Source: Eledone cirrhosa
Taxonomy: Eukaryota
Assembly: GCA_964016885.1 (NCBI GenBank)
Contig: OZ024740.1
Location: 99,014,001-99,078,000 of the forward strand
Direction of reading: 5' to 3'
Length of the DNA stretch: 64,000 nt
Shown: in pieces, positions 27,480 to 41,680 of the stretch
Position numbering within the stretch: the first letter of the stretch is position 1
Layout of the letters: the number at the start of each line of letters is the position of its first letter
Position numbers and translations under genes: made by a program
The notes under the pieces: generated by a model
Told to the model about the DNA's origin: nothing
The model's input: the letters and a program-made list of their open reading frames with translations, nothing else
The model's database searches: none

Positions 27480-29811
27480 CAGCTACAACAACAACAACAA
27501 CAACAACAGCCAGAAAGCCAGGACCGACCACTACTGAATTCAAGCATAATCGCTGAACTACTAAATGACAGTATCACTCAGCCATCATTATCGCCATCAC
27601 CATCACCACCGTCACCATCTCCTGCCACACCTACACCCTCTGCCACACCAACTGCTAGTAATGGACCACTGCTCTCTCTCCCACCACAGTTGTCATCATC
27701 ATCATCAACACCAATGCTTTCTTCCCCCACATCACCACCATAGCCATGCCATAGTCAAAAGAACTATAAAAAAAAAGTTCTATGGAGCTGTATGCACCTC
27801 CCACTACGCATACTAGACACCCCCAAATATGCCGCTACTCATTACGTCAGAGGCTATGCACACGTAGCGACTGTATATTTACCCATTTACCGGGTACTAG
27901 GCGCACTAACACTGCCAGCCATTACCAAAGCACGCTGCCTGCACGTATAGGTCGCAGTCCCAAAATCTGCCATCATTCCCAACGTGAGAGGTTATGTCTG
28001 CTGACTGACTGTCCTTTCACTCATCTTCCTTGGACACAACGCACGAACAGAAAAGGGGCTTCATGCCAACCCACAAACCACAATAAAGCCACCCGCTGCT
28101 GCGGTAATGCTGCTCCAGTCTCGTCACAAAGACATGATTACAACAACAAAAGTAATGCTGCCCCAGTCTTGTCACAAAGACACGATCACAACAACAAATA
28201 CAACAACAAATATAACGCTGCTCCAGTCTTTTCACAATTACAACAAATACAACAACAACAACAACAAAAGATGGAACTGCAACCCTATCCAATGTTGTAA
28301 CCACAAATCTAATCAAAAACTGCTCCCTAAACAAAAAAAATCTTTCATTTTTAGCCATGAACCTGGCAAAAGAGATAGAGAAAAACATTTTAGCCATCAC
28401 CCAACACCAACCTTGCTGTCACTAACACACATTCACAAAACAAGCCCCCTGCAACAGTCAAAACCAGCCACCACACTAGCCTCCACATTCTTACTCAATA
28501 CACATGGTATCAGCCCATCCATCAATGCACAGAAATGGAAGATCCAATTCATTGAGGATTGGGTTGGTAACCATCCATTTCACATCCCCTTCTTCATTCT
28601 TACTGAGACCAATCTTGACAACTCCCACTTGGAGGCCGAAGTAAGAGTGAGAAATTTCACAACCATCCGTGCAGATCGTGTTGGCAGAAGGAAGGGTGGA
28701 ACTGCCATTTTCCTGCATGAATCCTTTAGGGCAGTCGGCAACACAGCATTCTCTAATGGATACTGTGAATCAGTCACTGTGCACAATAAAGCCAATGACC
28801 TGACATTAGTTGGGCTCTATAGGCCGCCACAAACACCCATGATCTGTTTCAAAGAATGCCTCAACAGTATTAAATGCTTTATCAAACAGTGCCATTCTAG
28901 CAACATACTTTTGATGGTGGACTTTAATCTATCGTGTGTCGATTGGTCTACATGTAGTTTGAAACCAGGCTCCACAGCTTCAACCACTGACAAAGAGGCT
29001 GTTGAGTCACTTCTTGACTTCATGAATGAGTTTTTCCTGTTACAACTTGTCCTTGCACCAACGAGGCATCAGAAGAACATTCTGGATCTAGTGTTTAGTA
29101 ACCACACTAACACTATACATAATATTACAGTGGAAAAAACCCTTCTCTCAGACCATGACATGGTTCTTTGTAACCTGAGATTCCACCAGCCGAAAGCTAA
29201 TCCCAGGGTCCTCTCTCCAGCACACCCATTTGATAACATGGATCTCTACAATGCCAACTGGGATGCAATTATGAACGAACTATCACATGTCGACTGGTCT
29301 TTTACACACGCACACACTTCCACCAAATCCAAACATCTTGGCAGATCTTTGTAGACACTGTCACAAATATATGTACAAAACACACCCCACCAAAACCTGT
29401 GAAAAAAACCAAGTGCAGTATCCCCCAAAACAGAAAAACAATTATCAGAAAAATAAAAAGAACAAACAAAAAATTAACACACTAAAATACTGCCAACAGC
29501 AACACACACATTCAATGGCTATCACCCTGCTTGAGTCAAAAAAATATAACCTCCAGCAATGCATGATGACCGTCATCAATAACTAGAGAATAGCTGAAGA
29601 GAGGTGGGACATTGAGAAAATAAGACTCAACCGCAAAGTGTTCTTCTCATTCGCTAAGAAACACAAGGTCACCGTCTCCACTGTTGGCCCCCTAATTGAT
29701 GAAAATGGCACACGCCAGGACAATGCCAAAACCATGGGCGAGATATTGCAGAAACTATACTGCTCTGTTTTCAGTAACCCTGATATGGCTGATCTGTGCC
29801 GTATCAGTGAT
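27480..29811 (+). mobile_element. CR1/L2-group LINE fragment: ORF1 with two CCCH fingers plus APE endonuclease; RT missing
   Basis: C-x8-C-x4-C-x3-H occurs twice in 27782-28300; LTET, RADR..RKGG.A, YRPP, DFN, PTR..NILDL, SDH in 28107-29354. Confidence 0.85.
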
Positions 29812-29841
29812 ATTTACTTTAGGGTGTCTAAGTTCCTGGGT

Positions 29842-31055
29842 ACTTAGACACCCTAAAGTAAATGAACCAAAACTAAAAGCTATTCCATACATCTCCACAC
29901 ACAACCCCCTCAACAATGAGGCCTTTGACACCATCCTCCAGAACATCCCTGTATTGAAAAAGGACCATAGAATGAACCAAATTCTACGAACACACGATAT
30001 CATAAAGAGCAAAAGACAATCCAAGTCAATGAAAAACATCTTAACACATGCCAAAGTACTGCCAACCACAACAACGAAACCCACAGTAAAAAAAATGCGA
30101 TAGACCCAACTGTGGCATTTGCATCAACCTAATAGAGGGTTCGGAATTCTATTTCAAAGAAGGACAACGTTTTATAGTAAAACACAATTTCACATGTGCA
30201 TCGGAAAATCTAATATATGTATTAACTTGTTCAGGCTGTCGAGAACAATACATAGGCCAGACCAAACCAGCCTCCGCCAACGCATGACTGTCCATAGATC
30301 CCAAATTAAAATACGGGAATACAGGAAAATACCACTGAGTGAACACATTGATACCTGTGCCGCCCAAAATCATCCCAACTTCAGAATCTTTCCCCTCTAA
30401 AAATTTAAAGATAATGCCACCCACACCCAGCGCATCAGCAAGGAATCTTACTTCATTAACAAATACGGACCCCGTCTAAACACTTCTCCCTAAGACGAAC
30501 CCACAACATACACACGTCAACATACATACCTACATCAGCACACATCTCTACCCACATATAAACACAATGAGATACGTAAACACACATGCTCTATGGTGCA
30601 ATACAAAAAAATATATGTGCATATATATGTATGTATATATGTATATATATATATGTAGTGAATATATGTATGAGTATATATATATATAGTGAATATCATT
30701 TCACACCTTTTATTGTTAAGATTTTTGATGTTCTATTAAGAGAACCGATTTTACTGAAAAAATCGAATAATCTACACCATTTTACCAGGGGGAAAAAAAT
30801 ACTGGTCCCCCCCCCCCCACACACACATATATATATACACAAACACATACACACGCGTACATCAACATACAAAGAGACTTATACACACACACACACACAC
30901 ACACGCACTTCTCCGTATAAGACAAAAGCTGAAAAATGACCATCGAATTACTCTGTTATACACACACACACACACACACACTTATCTTAATAGCCATTTG
31001 ACACACATCGCTGCTGGCCATTGTCGCAGCATCGAACAACTTACTACTACTACTA

Positions 31056-31131
<76 letters not shown>

Positions 31132-31610
31132 ATATTTGTTGTGAAAGAGTCATTTCTCAATCTTGGCGCAAAACCAATTTTTTATCCACATGACCTCTAC
31201 CGACCAATCAAAATTGTTTTGACCAAGAATTTTTGCTGGAGCCACTTTTTTAACATAAAAACAGTCTTGGCGCAAAATAAACTTTTTACATTCACATGAC
31301 CTCTACCGACCAATCAAAATTGTTTTGACCACAAGCATTTTTGCAACACAAAAATAACGCTGGAGCCACTTTTTTAACATAAAAACAGGTAGAATTCCCA
31401 AAACTAATCAGATCAGAGCAAACAGCACGGACACTCTATCTCAAAATTATTTTTGAAAAGCATTTAGAAATGCGCAACCGGTAAAAACTTAAAAACTTAA
31501 AACCACAACTGAATACTAACCCATACAATCACTAATACTCTTTTATTCCTAATTAAACCATTTTTCAACTGTGAACAATTTGTCAGCATTTTCTATTCCG
31601 TTTACCAATA
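29842..31610 (+). mobile_element. inverted 3' copy of the 24.3-27.4 kb Penelope element
   Basis: Reverse complement of about 24333-26510, near-identical over the GIY-YIG region. Confidence 0.92.
31450..31486 (+). ncRNA. hammerhead-like motif H7b
   Basis: ttt TTGAAAA gcattt-ag-aaatgc GCAA ccgg TA aaa. Confidence 0.5.
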
Positions 31611-31651
31611 TATATATATATATAGACATATATATATATATATGTTTATAT

Positions 31652-31781
<130 letters not shown>

Positions 31782-31818
31782 TATATATATATATGTTTAT
31801 ATAGACATATATATATAT

Positions 31819-33391
31819 ATATTGTTATACCTGGGAGGGTCATATTTGTGTAATATTGCCAGAATTAATAACAGAACACATTCACTGTTTGGTTGGTTTT
31901 CGCCTCTCGCTGTCTTTTATATTTGCGATCTAACTTACTCGGTCCTCAATGTTGCCATTGACTGACCGACGGTCAAAAATAATACAGATACAATATAGAC
32001 ACAAACACATATATATAGTTTACATAATTTACATAAATCTTTCGTTGCACATCTGCAACATCGTCAGTGGTGTTATATTTTCCTCCTGTTGTGTTGTATG
32101 TCTACGCCATTTTTTATTCAGTCTGTCTATATATTTATTTATTTATTTGCTTGTTTGTTTATATTATTTTGTCTTCTTTGCGCATGCGTTTGCGTGTGTG
32201 TATAGTGTTATGTTTGCTGTGTGACTAGTGTGTACAGTGTTATGTTTGCTGGGTGACTAGTGTGTGTTTATGTGCTTGTTGTTATTGTGCTTTTGTATGT
32301 ACTTATTTATCTTATTTTATTTACTTATTTATACTTCTCTTAGTTCAGTGTTGTTTGTTTGGGTGTTGTTGTTATTCCACTCATTCTTTCTGTTTAGCTT
32401 TGGTCTTCTAATTTCTATTTCACTGGCCTCTCTGATTTGCCTATCTGCTGGGTCATTTCTATGTTTAGATATTATTCTAATTTCTATGTTTTCTATGTTA
32501 CCGTCATGTTGTTGTCTAGCATGTTCGTATAGTACTGACCCGTTTTTTCGTCCCTTACTAAAGGGATCTAGTGTTGATCTATCCTTTCACCTATGCTACG
32601 AGCTGTCTCACCTATGTATGTTGTTGTCATGTTTCTGCAAGTACCCTCTGTACATCTTATGCTATAGACTACGTTTCTAGTTTTACAGTTTATCCGGGGG
32701 TTCACCTTACATATGATACATTTCCTATTGGTACAGTGGGTTTTCTTAAAAGGGTAGGTTTTGCTGATCAGGGATTTTATGGGGGTTCCTGGCTTTTCTA
32801 CCACCTTTATTTTTAAGTGGGTCTTTCTCAGGGCCTTTCTACACTGGTTAGCTAATTTCCCTCCAGGGGTGGCGTCCACAAACATGACACTCTGGTATCT
32901 CTGGTTGTCGTACCATGATGTGGCTTTCCCTATCTTATGTCTAGCCCTATCTAAGCTATTCCATGATTTGCTCCTGTATAATGGGCAAATTCCTTTCATG
33001 TCAAGTTCTATGAGGGTCTTATACTTTTCCATGGCTCCTTCGTATACTCTGACTCTGTCTCTTTGGTTGTAGCCAGAGAACTGCATGCGGTTGATGAAGT
33101 GTTGGATGTGTCTTTCCATTTCAGTTGGGTCGCACATGCTGGACACATTCTTCATCACTCGTACCAAATCTGCGATCAGAATATTAAACTTAGCACTACT
33201 GAACATTGCTGAGTTTTTGAGTATTAGGTATTTTTGACCGTCGGTCAGTCAATGGCAACATTGAGGACCGAGTAAGCTAGATTACAGATATAAAAGACAG
33301 CGAGAAGCGAAAACCAACCAAACAGTGAGTGTGTTCTGTTATTAATTCTGGCAATATTACACAAATATGACCCTCTCCAAGTATAACAATA
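31819..33391 (-). mobile_element. Penelope-like fragment (third family) with ~163-bp inverted terminal pLTR
   Basis: ORF 32568-33206: SGY, LYRSKSW, FVDATPG, CxxxxCxxC, VVY..YIGETAR..ER..H; 31819-31981 is the reverse complement of 33229-33391. Confidence 0.88.
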
Positions 33392-33432
33392 TTTGTTTAG
33401 ACACACCATTTCATATAAAAAAAACCTCGCTA

Positions 33433-33472
<40 letters not shown>

Positions 33473-33518
33473 GAAATAACAGTAGGCTGGACTGGTGTAA
33501 ATCCTTGAAAGGTTTATT

Positions 33519-33576
33519 ATACTATGATCATTTCAATGACCGGATTCCATATGAATCCGGTGATATCATCAGGTAT
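33519..33576 (-). ncRNA. hammerhead H8
   Basis: atac CTGATGA [accggattc-atatg-gaatccggt] GAAA tgatca TA gtat. Confidence 0.78.
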
Positions 33577-33786
33577 TGGAATATAACTACACAAATGAAG
33601 ATGGGTGAAGTGCACTGCTTTGAGTACTCTTCACAATATTACACCAGGATTGACCATACGGAATGACCAGTTCTATCCAGTGGTGAACCAACAAACCTTA
33701 AGATATATATATATATATATATATATGGCTAGGGAAGCAGAACATTCGTTTTTGTGATCCAGTTCGTGGTTAAGAAAGCCAGTTTC

Positions 33787-33888
33787 TATTTTGAAAATTT
33801 GGACTTTGAACAGCAATTATAATTGAGTGGCTGCTATTTGTAGAATAGCAATATAAGTTTGCACTTACCAATGAAACGGTCGTAAATA
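33787..33888 (+). ncRNA. possible hammerhead H9 (U3-A8 core, branched stem II)
   Basis: tatt TTGAAAA tttgg...ccaat GAAA cggtcg TA aata; the stems are short and AT-rich. Confidence 0.4.
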
Positions 33889-33938
33889 CCTGGATAAAAT
33901 CCTTCTCTTAATGCTTACCTGTGTTTTATCTTTTATAC

Positions 33939-34015
<77 letters not shown>

Positions 34016-34204
34016 ATTTATATAGACATATATATATATATTTATATAGACATGTATATATATATGTATATATTTATATAGACATGTATATATATATATA
34101 TATTTATATATATATAATTTTATATATATATATTTATATATATTTATACATATATATATATTTATATATACTTTCAGACGTTCAACCATCTGGCAGGAAG
34201 GTAT

Positions 34205-34247
34205 ACGATGCTGACGATAGCTAATAAGCTTGAAACTAGTACATCGT
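34205..34247 (+). ncRNA. minimal hammerhead H6b
   Basis: acgatg CTGACGA t-agct-aata-agct-t GAAA ctag TA catcgt. Confidence 0.85.
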
Positions 34248-34951
34248 TCCTGTGCCAGTGTTGAATAAAAAGGTGACGTGTTTGCCTAAACATCGGTAAA
34301 CCGATACGTGCATATATATATATGTGTGCATGTATGTATATATATACGTACTACTGTACGTCTGTATACATATATGTATGTACGTATACATACATGCATA
34401 CTTACATTTAAATATAGAGACATATATATATATATATATTAATATATATATATATAGTATGTTGAAAGTTTGTGATATTTTGGTGTTTCCCTGCATCCGA
34501 GACTGTATATCATACAGATGTATGAGAATAAATGACTTAATAATTCAGCCCACATAATAAGATCGATTGCCTGCTTCAACTGCCTGACCCTGCAAATATC
34601 ATTCTGACGCACTCTAATCATGTATAAATAAGACACGCGTGCATGCTACACGTGAGATTGTTTCATACACTGACTACTCTAAGCTTTCCTCTTGCTTTAT
34701 CTTCATAGACTGCCAACGCTTCATGTTTATCTTTATTTTCATTCTTGCTTTTATTTTTATTTTTATTTTTATTTTTATTTTTATTTTTATTTTTATTTTT
34801 ATTTTTATCCTGTAACCTTTACATGTAAATTGCCATGCTATATCATTTGATGAATGTCACCCCACTGTTGATCAATATGCGCATATGTTTTATGTTTTAT
34901 GTGTCTCTTGGGTTGAAAAGGAGGTCAAGTATGTTATAGATCAGTAAATAG

Positions 34952-35000
34952 TTGCTCCGAAGAATCCAAACCTCGGTTTGGAGGAAACAATTGTAAGCAA
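34952..35000 (+). ncRNA. hammerhead H10 (CCGAAGA core)
   Basis: ttgct CCGAAGA a-tccaaac-ctcg-gtttgga-g GAAA caattg TA agcaa. Confidence 0.75.
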
Positions 35001-35743
35001 ATAAATGACTTAAACTGAACTTTGATTATTGTAATCTCTATATATATATTTATATATATATATTTATATATATATATTTATATATGTGTGTTTAATGTTA
35101 GCTATTGTGCTTCCACAGAGCAGAGTGTGATATAATATAAAAAACGAAAAATCAGTGATGCATCTAGACTCAGTTTATTGCGTGTTACAATTGTTTCTCT
35201 CGCTGATGGGGGAGTGAGAAAATTTGCTCCGAAAGCATTGTATGTGTCCCAAAACCCACAGTTTCACTTCTATATACATTTTTTGAAATACATTTCTTGT
35301 ATTTTTAAACTATATAGCTTGGATATTGGGCATTTTAAAGATCGCAAACAATTCACTTTTTTACTTTGCATCTGGTTCATATTCTTATGTTTCATGAAGT
35401 TTGACTTGTATATTTATAGTATATATGTATTACATGATCCTATTATAACAATTGATCTAAAACCTTAATTTTTAACAATATTTTCAGTAACTTATTTAAT
35501 GTATTGTATTATGTTATATGTAACTGATAGGTATCATCTTAATCTTAAGCCAATATAATCTTTGTTTATATTTAGACAAATGCATATATCTAATTTAATA
35601 ATAAACTTTTTCTAAGTTTAATTAAAGGCCTTTAGATGCTTTAAGGCATTCTAATTGTTAATATTAATTTTTAAAATTATAACTTATTATTTTATGAATT
35701 ATATAATGTGAATTATTTTCAATATAATATAAGTAATTAAATA

Positions 35744-36068
35744 TAATTGTTTCTATTTTTAGACACAAGGCCAGCAATTGCTCAGTACATTACTGGTACT
35801 TTATTTTATCGACCCCGTAAGCATGAAAGGCTAAGTTAACCTCGACGGGTTTTGAACTCAGATCATAAAGAGACGTAACTCTATGCTTCAATGCATGGTG
35901 TAAATATAATATAATTGTTTCTACTTTTGGCACAAGGCCAGCAATTACCCAGTGCATTACTGGTACTTTATTCTATCGACCCCGGAAGGATGAAAGGCAA
36001 AGTTAACCTCGGCGGGATTTGAACTCAGATCATACAGGGAGGTAACTCTATGCTTCAAAGGATGGCAT
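35744..36068 (-). mobile_element. two tandem 5'-truncated family-A SINEs
   Basis: Same core and B box as 2950-3130. Confidence 0.85.
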
Positions 36069-36967
36069 AATAAAATTTAATAAGAATTACCTTCGTGAGA
36101 ATGAAAATACCATGTCTTCTTTCTCATGTTTGCAAATAGTTTAAATATGATTTCATGAATTAAATATGATAGTATACTTTAAATACAGATATTTATAAAC
36201 TTTTATAGCCTGAAATATTATACACATTGATTAATTCATTACTCTGAACTAACTTAAAGGATTTGAAAGTTAACGGTCAACCGGATACGTTTGGATAGTA
36301 TATATAAATGATTAACTAAGGTCTGGAAATTAAGCTTCATATAATTACACCCAGTTTTATTTAAGATTTAGATGGATGGATACTTCTAGATAATTCAATA
36401 ATTCAAAGATTCGAGTTTACTCTTTCGCAAAGCTATGGCCAAATGTATAGTTCTGTATATATATATATATAATTCATCCCACCCTATGTTTTACACTAAA
36501 AATATTATTCCTCTTTGTCTCTCTTTCCTTGATCAATTCTCTTTTGCTCTCTATACTCCTACTAGGTATATTATCCCCTCATCTGTTTTCTCTCTGTCTT
36601 TCTTTTTTCTTTCCTCTTTCTTCAATAATTTAAATTATTTGAATCTCTAACAGTTTTGTAAATTGCTGTTATGGATTTTTAAGCTTTTTCACACGCACCC
36701 TCTGTATTATATGTATTATATGTAAGTCTTTTCATGTCCCAATCTTAATGTATATAGATATTGAGTTTTGTCATATCTTACTCACTACCATGACTGGATC
36801 TTAACCATCTACTATGTCAGTGTATGTCATGCATCATCATATTTAATCTGATCAGGACGTACAGTTTAAGTTAGCACAGTAGCTCTGAAATATGTATAAT
36901 AAAATATAATTGATCACAAGAAGTTCTATTTCTGTTAATATTTTGAAGTAATATATATATATATATA

Positions 36968-37032
<65 letters not shown>

Positions 37033-37083
37033 ACATATATAAATATATACATATATAAATATATACATATATATATATATATA

Positions 37084-37153
<70 letters not shown>

Positions 37154-37156
37154 CAC

Positions 37157-37213
<57 letters not shown>

Positions 37214-37262
37214 AAATAAAGTTAAATAAAAGTCAAATGATTAAAATTTAGCTTCGTTTATT

Positions 37263-37317
37263 ACTGCTATATATAATTCAATGACAGCCATCTTTGGCTG
37301 TGACCTCTTCAGGCAGT
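37263..37317 (-). ncRNA. hammerhead H11 (GAAT instead of GAAA, probably inactive)
   Basis: actgc CTGAAGA [acagcca-aaga-tggctgt] GAAT tatata TA gcagt. Confidence 0.65.
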
Positions 37318-37448
37318 TTGAATTAGTATGGTATAGACAAGCACGTATGTTGTTTAGGTGTATGATATTGTCAATACTCTGATATGCCCAGTTCCTTGTT
37401 GGGTTGTTATTTCACTGAGAAACTGGAGTCATACAACCAACATAAACT

Positions 37449-37518
<70 letters not shown>

Positions 37519-37544
37519 GCATATGTATATATATATATATATAC

Positions 37545-37617
<73 letters not shown>

Positions 37618-37689
37618 TACATATACATATATATATATATACATATATATTCATATATATACATATATATAAATATATATATATATATG

Positions 37690-37725
<36 letters not shown>

Positions 37726-38020
37726 CGGATATATATGCATCTACTTACCTACACATATATATATAGAGAAAATATACAATGCTATATATCTCTGTGACAT
37801 CAGACATGAGCATGAATAATATTCGCTCCACTTCATCTGTATTCTATATAGTCTCTTCTACTTACAATTATTTCGAATGTTCTATCACAGTTGGGTAATT
37901 AAAAGAAATGAGACACATATATATTTCAGTCCTGCAGACATTAATTCTTTATAATAGAATATATATACACTCACCCATATATATATATATAAATATATAA
38001 ATACACACACACACACACAC

Positions 38021-38059
<39 letters not shown>

Positions 38060-38061
<2 letters not shown>

Positions 38062-39345
38062 GATGAATGGCTTGTGAAAGCTGTACAAGCCATGTATAGG
38101 GAGAAGTCAGCAAAGTAAGGATTAGCAATGAGTATAGCGAGGAATTTAGCGTACAGGTTGGGGTCCACCAGGGCTCTGTTATAAGCCCTCTCCTGTTCAT
38201 CATAGTCCTGCAGGCAATAACGGAGGAGTTTAAGACCGGATGTCCATGGGAACTCCTGTATGCTGATAACCTCGCACTTATAGATGAATCTATGGTAGAA
38301 CTAGAGAAGAAATTCCAAACTTGGAAGCAGAGACTAGAAAGAAAGGGTCTCAAAGTCAACATAACAAAGACTAAGGTCCTTGTAAGTAGACGAGAAAACA
38401 TAACCCAGATCCCCTCAGAGAAATGGCCTTGCTCAGTATGTAGGAAAGGTGTAGGTAAGAACTCCATTATTGCCCCATATGCAAACAATGGGTACACAAG
38501 TGATGTAGCGGGATCTCAGGAAGCTTAATTAAGAATGTAGGCTTCACATGCAGCAGCTGTGCTGGGACAGCAAGCAGCAAACAGCCACAGGAAACAAGTA
38601 CCACCAATCACTGGGAGGGCTCTGTAGAGACAGTAGACAGCTTCTGCTACCTAGGTGACCGAATTAGCAGCGGAGATGGGTGTTTGGAGAGTAGAATGAT
38701 TAGGGTAAGTATGGGATGGAAGAAGTTCAGAGAGCTACTGCCAATGCTAGCTGCAAAAGGCTTCTCCCTCAACATGAAAGGCAGACTGTATGATGTGTGT
38801 ATCCGAACAGCAATGTTACATGGTAGTGAGACCTGGGCACTGAAGGTGGAAGACTTATGTAGATTAGAGAGAAACGAAGCCTGCATGCTCCGATGGATGT
38901 GTAATAGTAATATAGGCGACCGACAAAGCATAAATGAATTGAGAGAGAGACTGAGCATAAGAGGAATCAAATGTTGTGTGCAGGAGAGGCGGTTGCGTTG
39001 CTATGGACATGTGATGCGTATGAAGGATGACAAAGTTCATAAAAAGGTGCAGAGCACTAGAAGTCGATGGAAACCGCGGAGTGGGGACCCAAGATGACCT
39101 GGGATGAGGTGATAAAAGCCGACCTTACCCAATTACACCTCTCCAAGGCGATGACACACGACCGTGACCCCTTGCGTCACGCAGTAATACAGAGTACCCG
39201 ACCTCCCATGGGTACACGCTGAAGCATATAGACAATATGCCGCCACACTCTCCCACTACAATGTGGTCGTGGAGGTGCCACTGCAAAAAAGCACCCAGCC
39301 CACACTGTGAAGTGGACGTGTAGGCGCCACGAAAAAGCACGCAGG
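38060..39345 (+). mobile_element. 5'-truncated RTE-clade LINE, disrupted
   Basis: GVHQGSVISPLLF, LLYADNL, GLKVNITKTK, FCYLGD, WKKFRELLP, LHGSETW, RRLR.YGHVMR. Confidence 0.9.
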
Positions 39346-39654
39346 TTTATACATTGTGATGATGTCTAAGTGTGTCTGGCTGTATTAACATTGCATATGT
39401 GTGTGGTTTGTCTGTGTATGTATCAAATATAAAAGAAATTATTTTTAACAAATATGGATCTGTTCATTGTGTATCTATTAATTAACAAAACTCAACTTCA
39501 AGTAGGTCTAACTGAAGTTGAAATAAACAAAAAAGCAATTAAATTGTCATAGCAACCATACTATGAAATGTGTGTTCATATGTGCGCTAATGTGTGTGTG
39601 TGTTTCTATTTGATTGTTAAATGTATGTGAGAGGGAGGGAGAGAAATAGATATA

Positions 39655-41680
39655 TTTCTTTATTTGCCACAAGGGCGCACAAGAAAAGGGGACAATACAA
39701 AGACACATGCCGGGGATTTTACATACAGTCGTGTAAAAATATTAAATCAAACAATTATAACAATCGAATTCCCCAATAAGAGGGAAGCGCCACAAAAGGG
39801 TTGTTTAATACCCCGTCGATAGAACAACCCTCAACTTCAGGAGCGTGTTGTGCAAGTGCTCCCTTCTTCCTTTTGCTATCTTCTTTAACATACAGGCTTA
39901 TAAACAAAGAAGGCCCAATTACTCGGGTCATTTTCGCTTCATTCTCCCACCTTTCAGTAAATTTACCGGGGTGCAGTGCCTCTCTCTCCACTCTGATTCT
40001 CCTTCTAAAGTGGTACCTAAAGAAGAGAATAAATTGTTGTCCGGATAGAAAGGCATCTATCCACAGTCATCTCAATCTCGTCCACCATATAACCTCCATA
40101 TCTTTCATCATAGCCACTGTACAGAGGAAAACCGCTTGTCTTTCATTTTTGAAAGAGGCTGGCGGTTTGATCCTTACTATGGACTCGGTAGTCAACTGGA
40201 TTTGTCCCATACGTGACAGAAGTTGGTCTGCATAGTTCCACAGGTTGCTTACGCCCGAGCAGTGTAGAAATGCGTGCAAGACGGTTTCAATGTCCTGCTC
40301 CCATTTTGGACACGTTCTCTTGGAAGGATCTCTGCCGGGGCGTCCGTGCCTGTAGATCTTGTCTCGAACGGGTAGAGCTCCTCGGTAGCACTGCCATGCC
40401 AGGGATCTCTGGAAGTTGTCCATAGGTCGACACACTTGTAAAGTACTAACCCTCTATATAATGTCGAAGTGGAGTCTCAACTGACTGCTGTGCCTGCTTG
40501 ACAGAGGACTGTGAGCGCCTGGGCGCATTCAATGTGCCAGGCGCCCATCTTCTTCGGTCTTTGAGACAAGTTGTGGGAAGGCCTGTCTCACAAACGGTGC
40601 CCACACCGGTTGGTCGGTGAGGAATACTTGGAGATGCCGTAGCCTCAGCGCATGTTTGTGCATCATTAGCCACGACATGCCCAGCCCTCCGTTGGAAGGG
40701 TGTTGACAGCAGACGTTTCTCCTCACCAGTTGAGCCTGCTTCTTCCACAGGAACTGGAAGAGCATGCGTTCCATCTTGGTGAGGTATTCACGGGGACAAG
40801 GCCCGACAGTCAATCGGTAGTAGATGACTGGCGCTATGAAAGTGTTCACCACCTCCGCTTGTCCTTTTAAAGACAGTTTGCACTCTGCCCACTTCTGGGT
40901 GAGCGCAAATACCTTGGCCATGACCTTGTTCCAGTTTTTCTCTACCTGGAGGTCTGGACCGAACCAGACACCGAGAAATTTCACTGCTCTTTCTGTCCAG
41001 CGTCTGACGACATCGGCTTGCCTCTCCACGTTCTGAGTTGCAAACCGACAGACTTTTCCGGGTCCAATTTTGCTCCTGTGAACCTTTCGTATTCCTGTAG
41101 TAGGTTGCCGATTACCTCGATTTCCGAGATGTTCGACACCATTAACGTCACGTTGTCGGCATAAGCCGACGCCGCTTTTCGCAGTCCCGGTTCTAAAGGG
41201 ATGCACTGCAAAAGCTCCAACTTCTGCAGTAGTGGCTCTAGAGTCAGAATGGAGGAGAGAGGGCATCCCTGTCAAGTGGAAGGCGTGATTGCAAATGGCT
41301 CCGATAGGTAGCCGTTCACCTTGACCATCGAGCAGATGCTGGTGTGCATCGCCTTGATTCAGCCTCTGAAAATGGGACCGAAACCGGCCGCGTTGAGAAC
41401 CGCTTCCAAGTATCAATGGTCGACCCTATCGATTGCCTTAGACTGATCTAAATTGATCAGAGCCCTACCGAAGCCGGGTTTACCCCCATCCTCTTTATGA
41501 TGTATTGAATGAGGTGGAAGTTGTCGTGTATGGACCTGGTCGGGATTGCACACGTTTGCGCTTTCCCTACCAGGTTTTTGACGACAAGCGCCAGCCTCGT
41601 TGCTAGCATCTTGGCCAAAATCTTTAACTCTGTATTGAGCAGAGTTATGGGCATGACATTGTTTATTTCGTCCCCTTTGT
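39655..41680 (-). mobile_element. Tx1/L1-clade LINE RT and C-terminus, disrupted
   Basis: PITLLNTELKILAK, AQTCAIP.RSIHDN, AYADNV, KFLGVWFG, GGLG, CP...ETVLHAFLHC; cut at its 5' side by pLTR copies. Confidence 0.9.

Noticed and set aside
33229-33292. Hairpin tcggtc..tcaatg-gcaa-cattga..gaccga flanked by TTGACCG and GTAA in the inverted pLTR
   Set aside because: It sits where a hammerhead is expected, but too many core positions deviate to call it.
35180-35250. Partial hammerhead-like matches on both strands (CTGATGG..GAAA; GAAA caattg TA); a similar partial match at 48880-48945
   Set aside because: No stem I can be closed, or no core is found.
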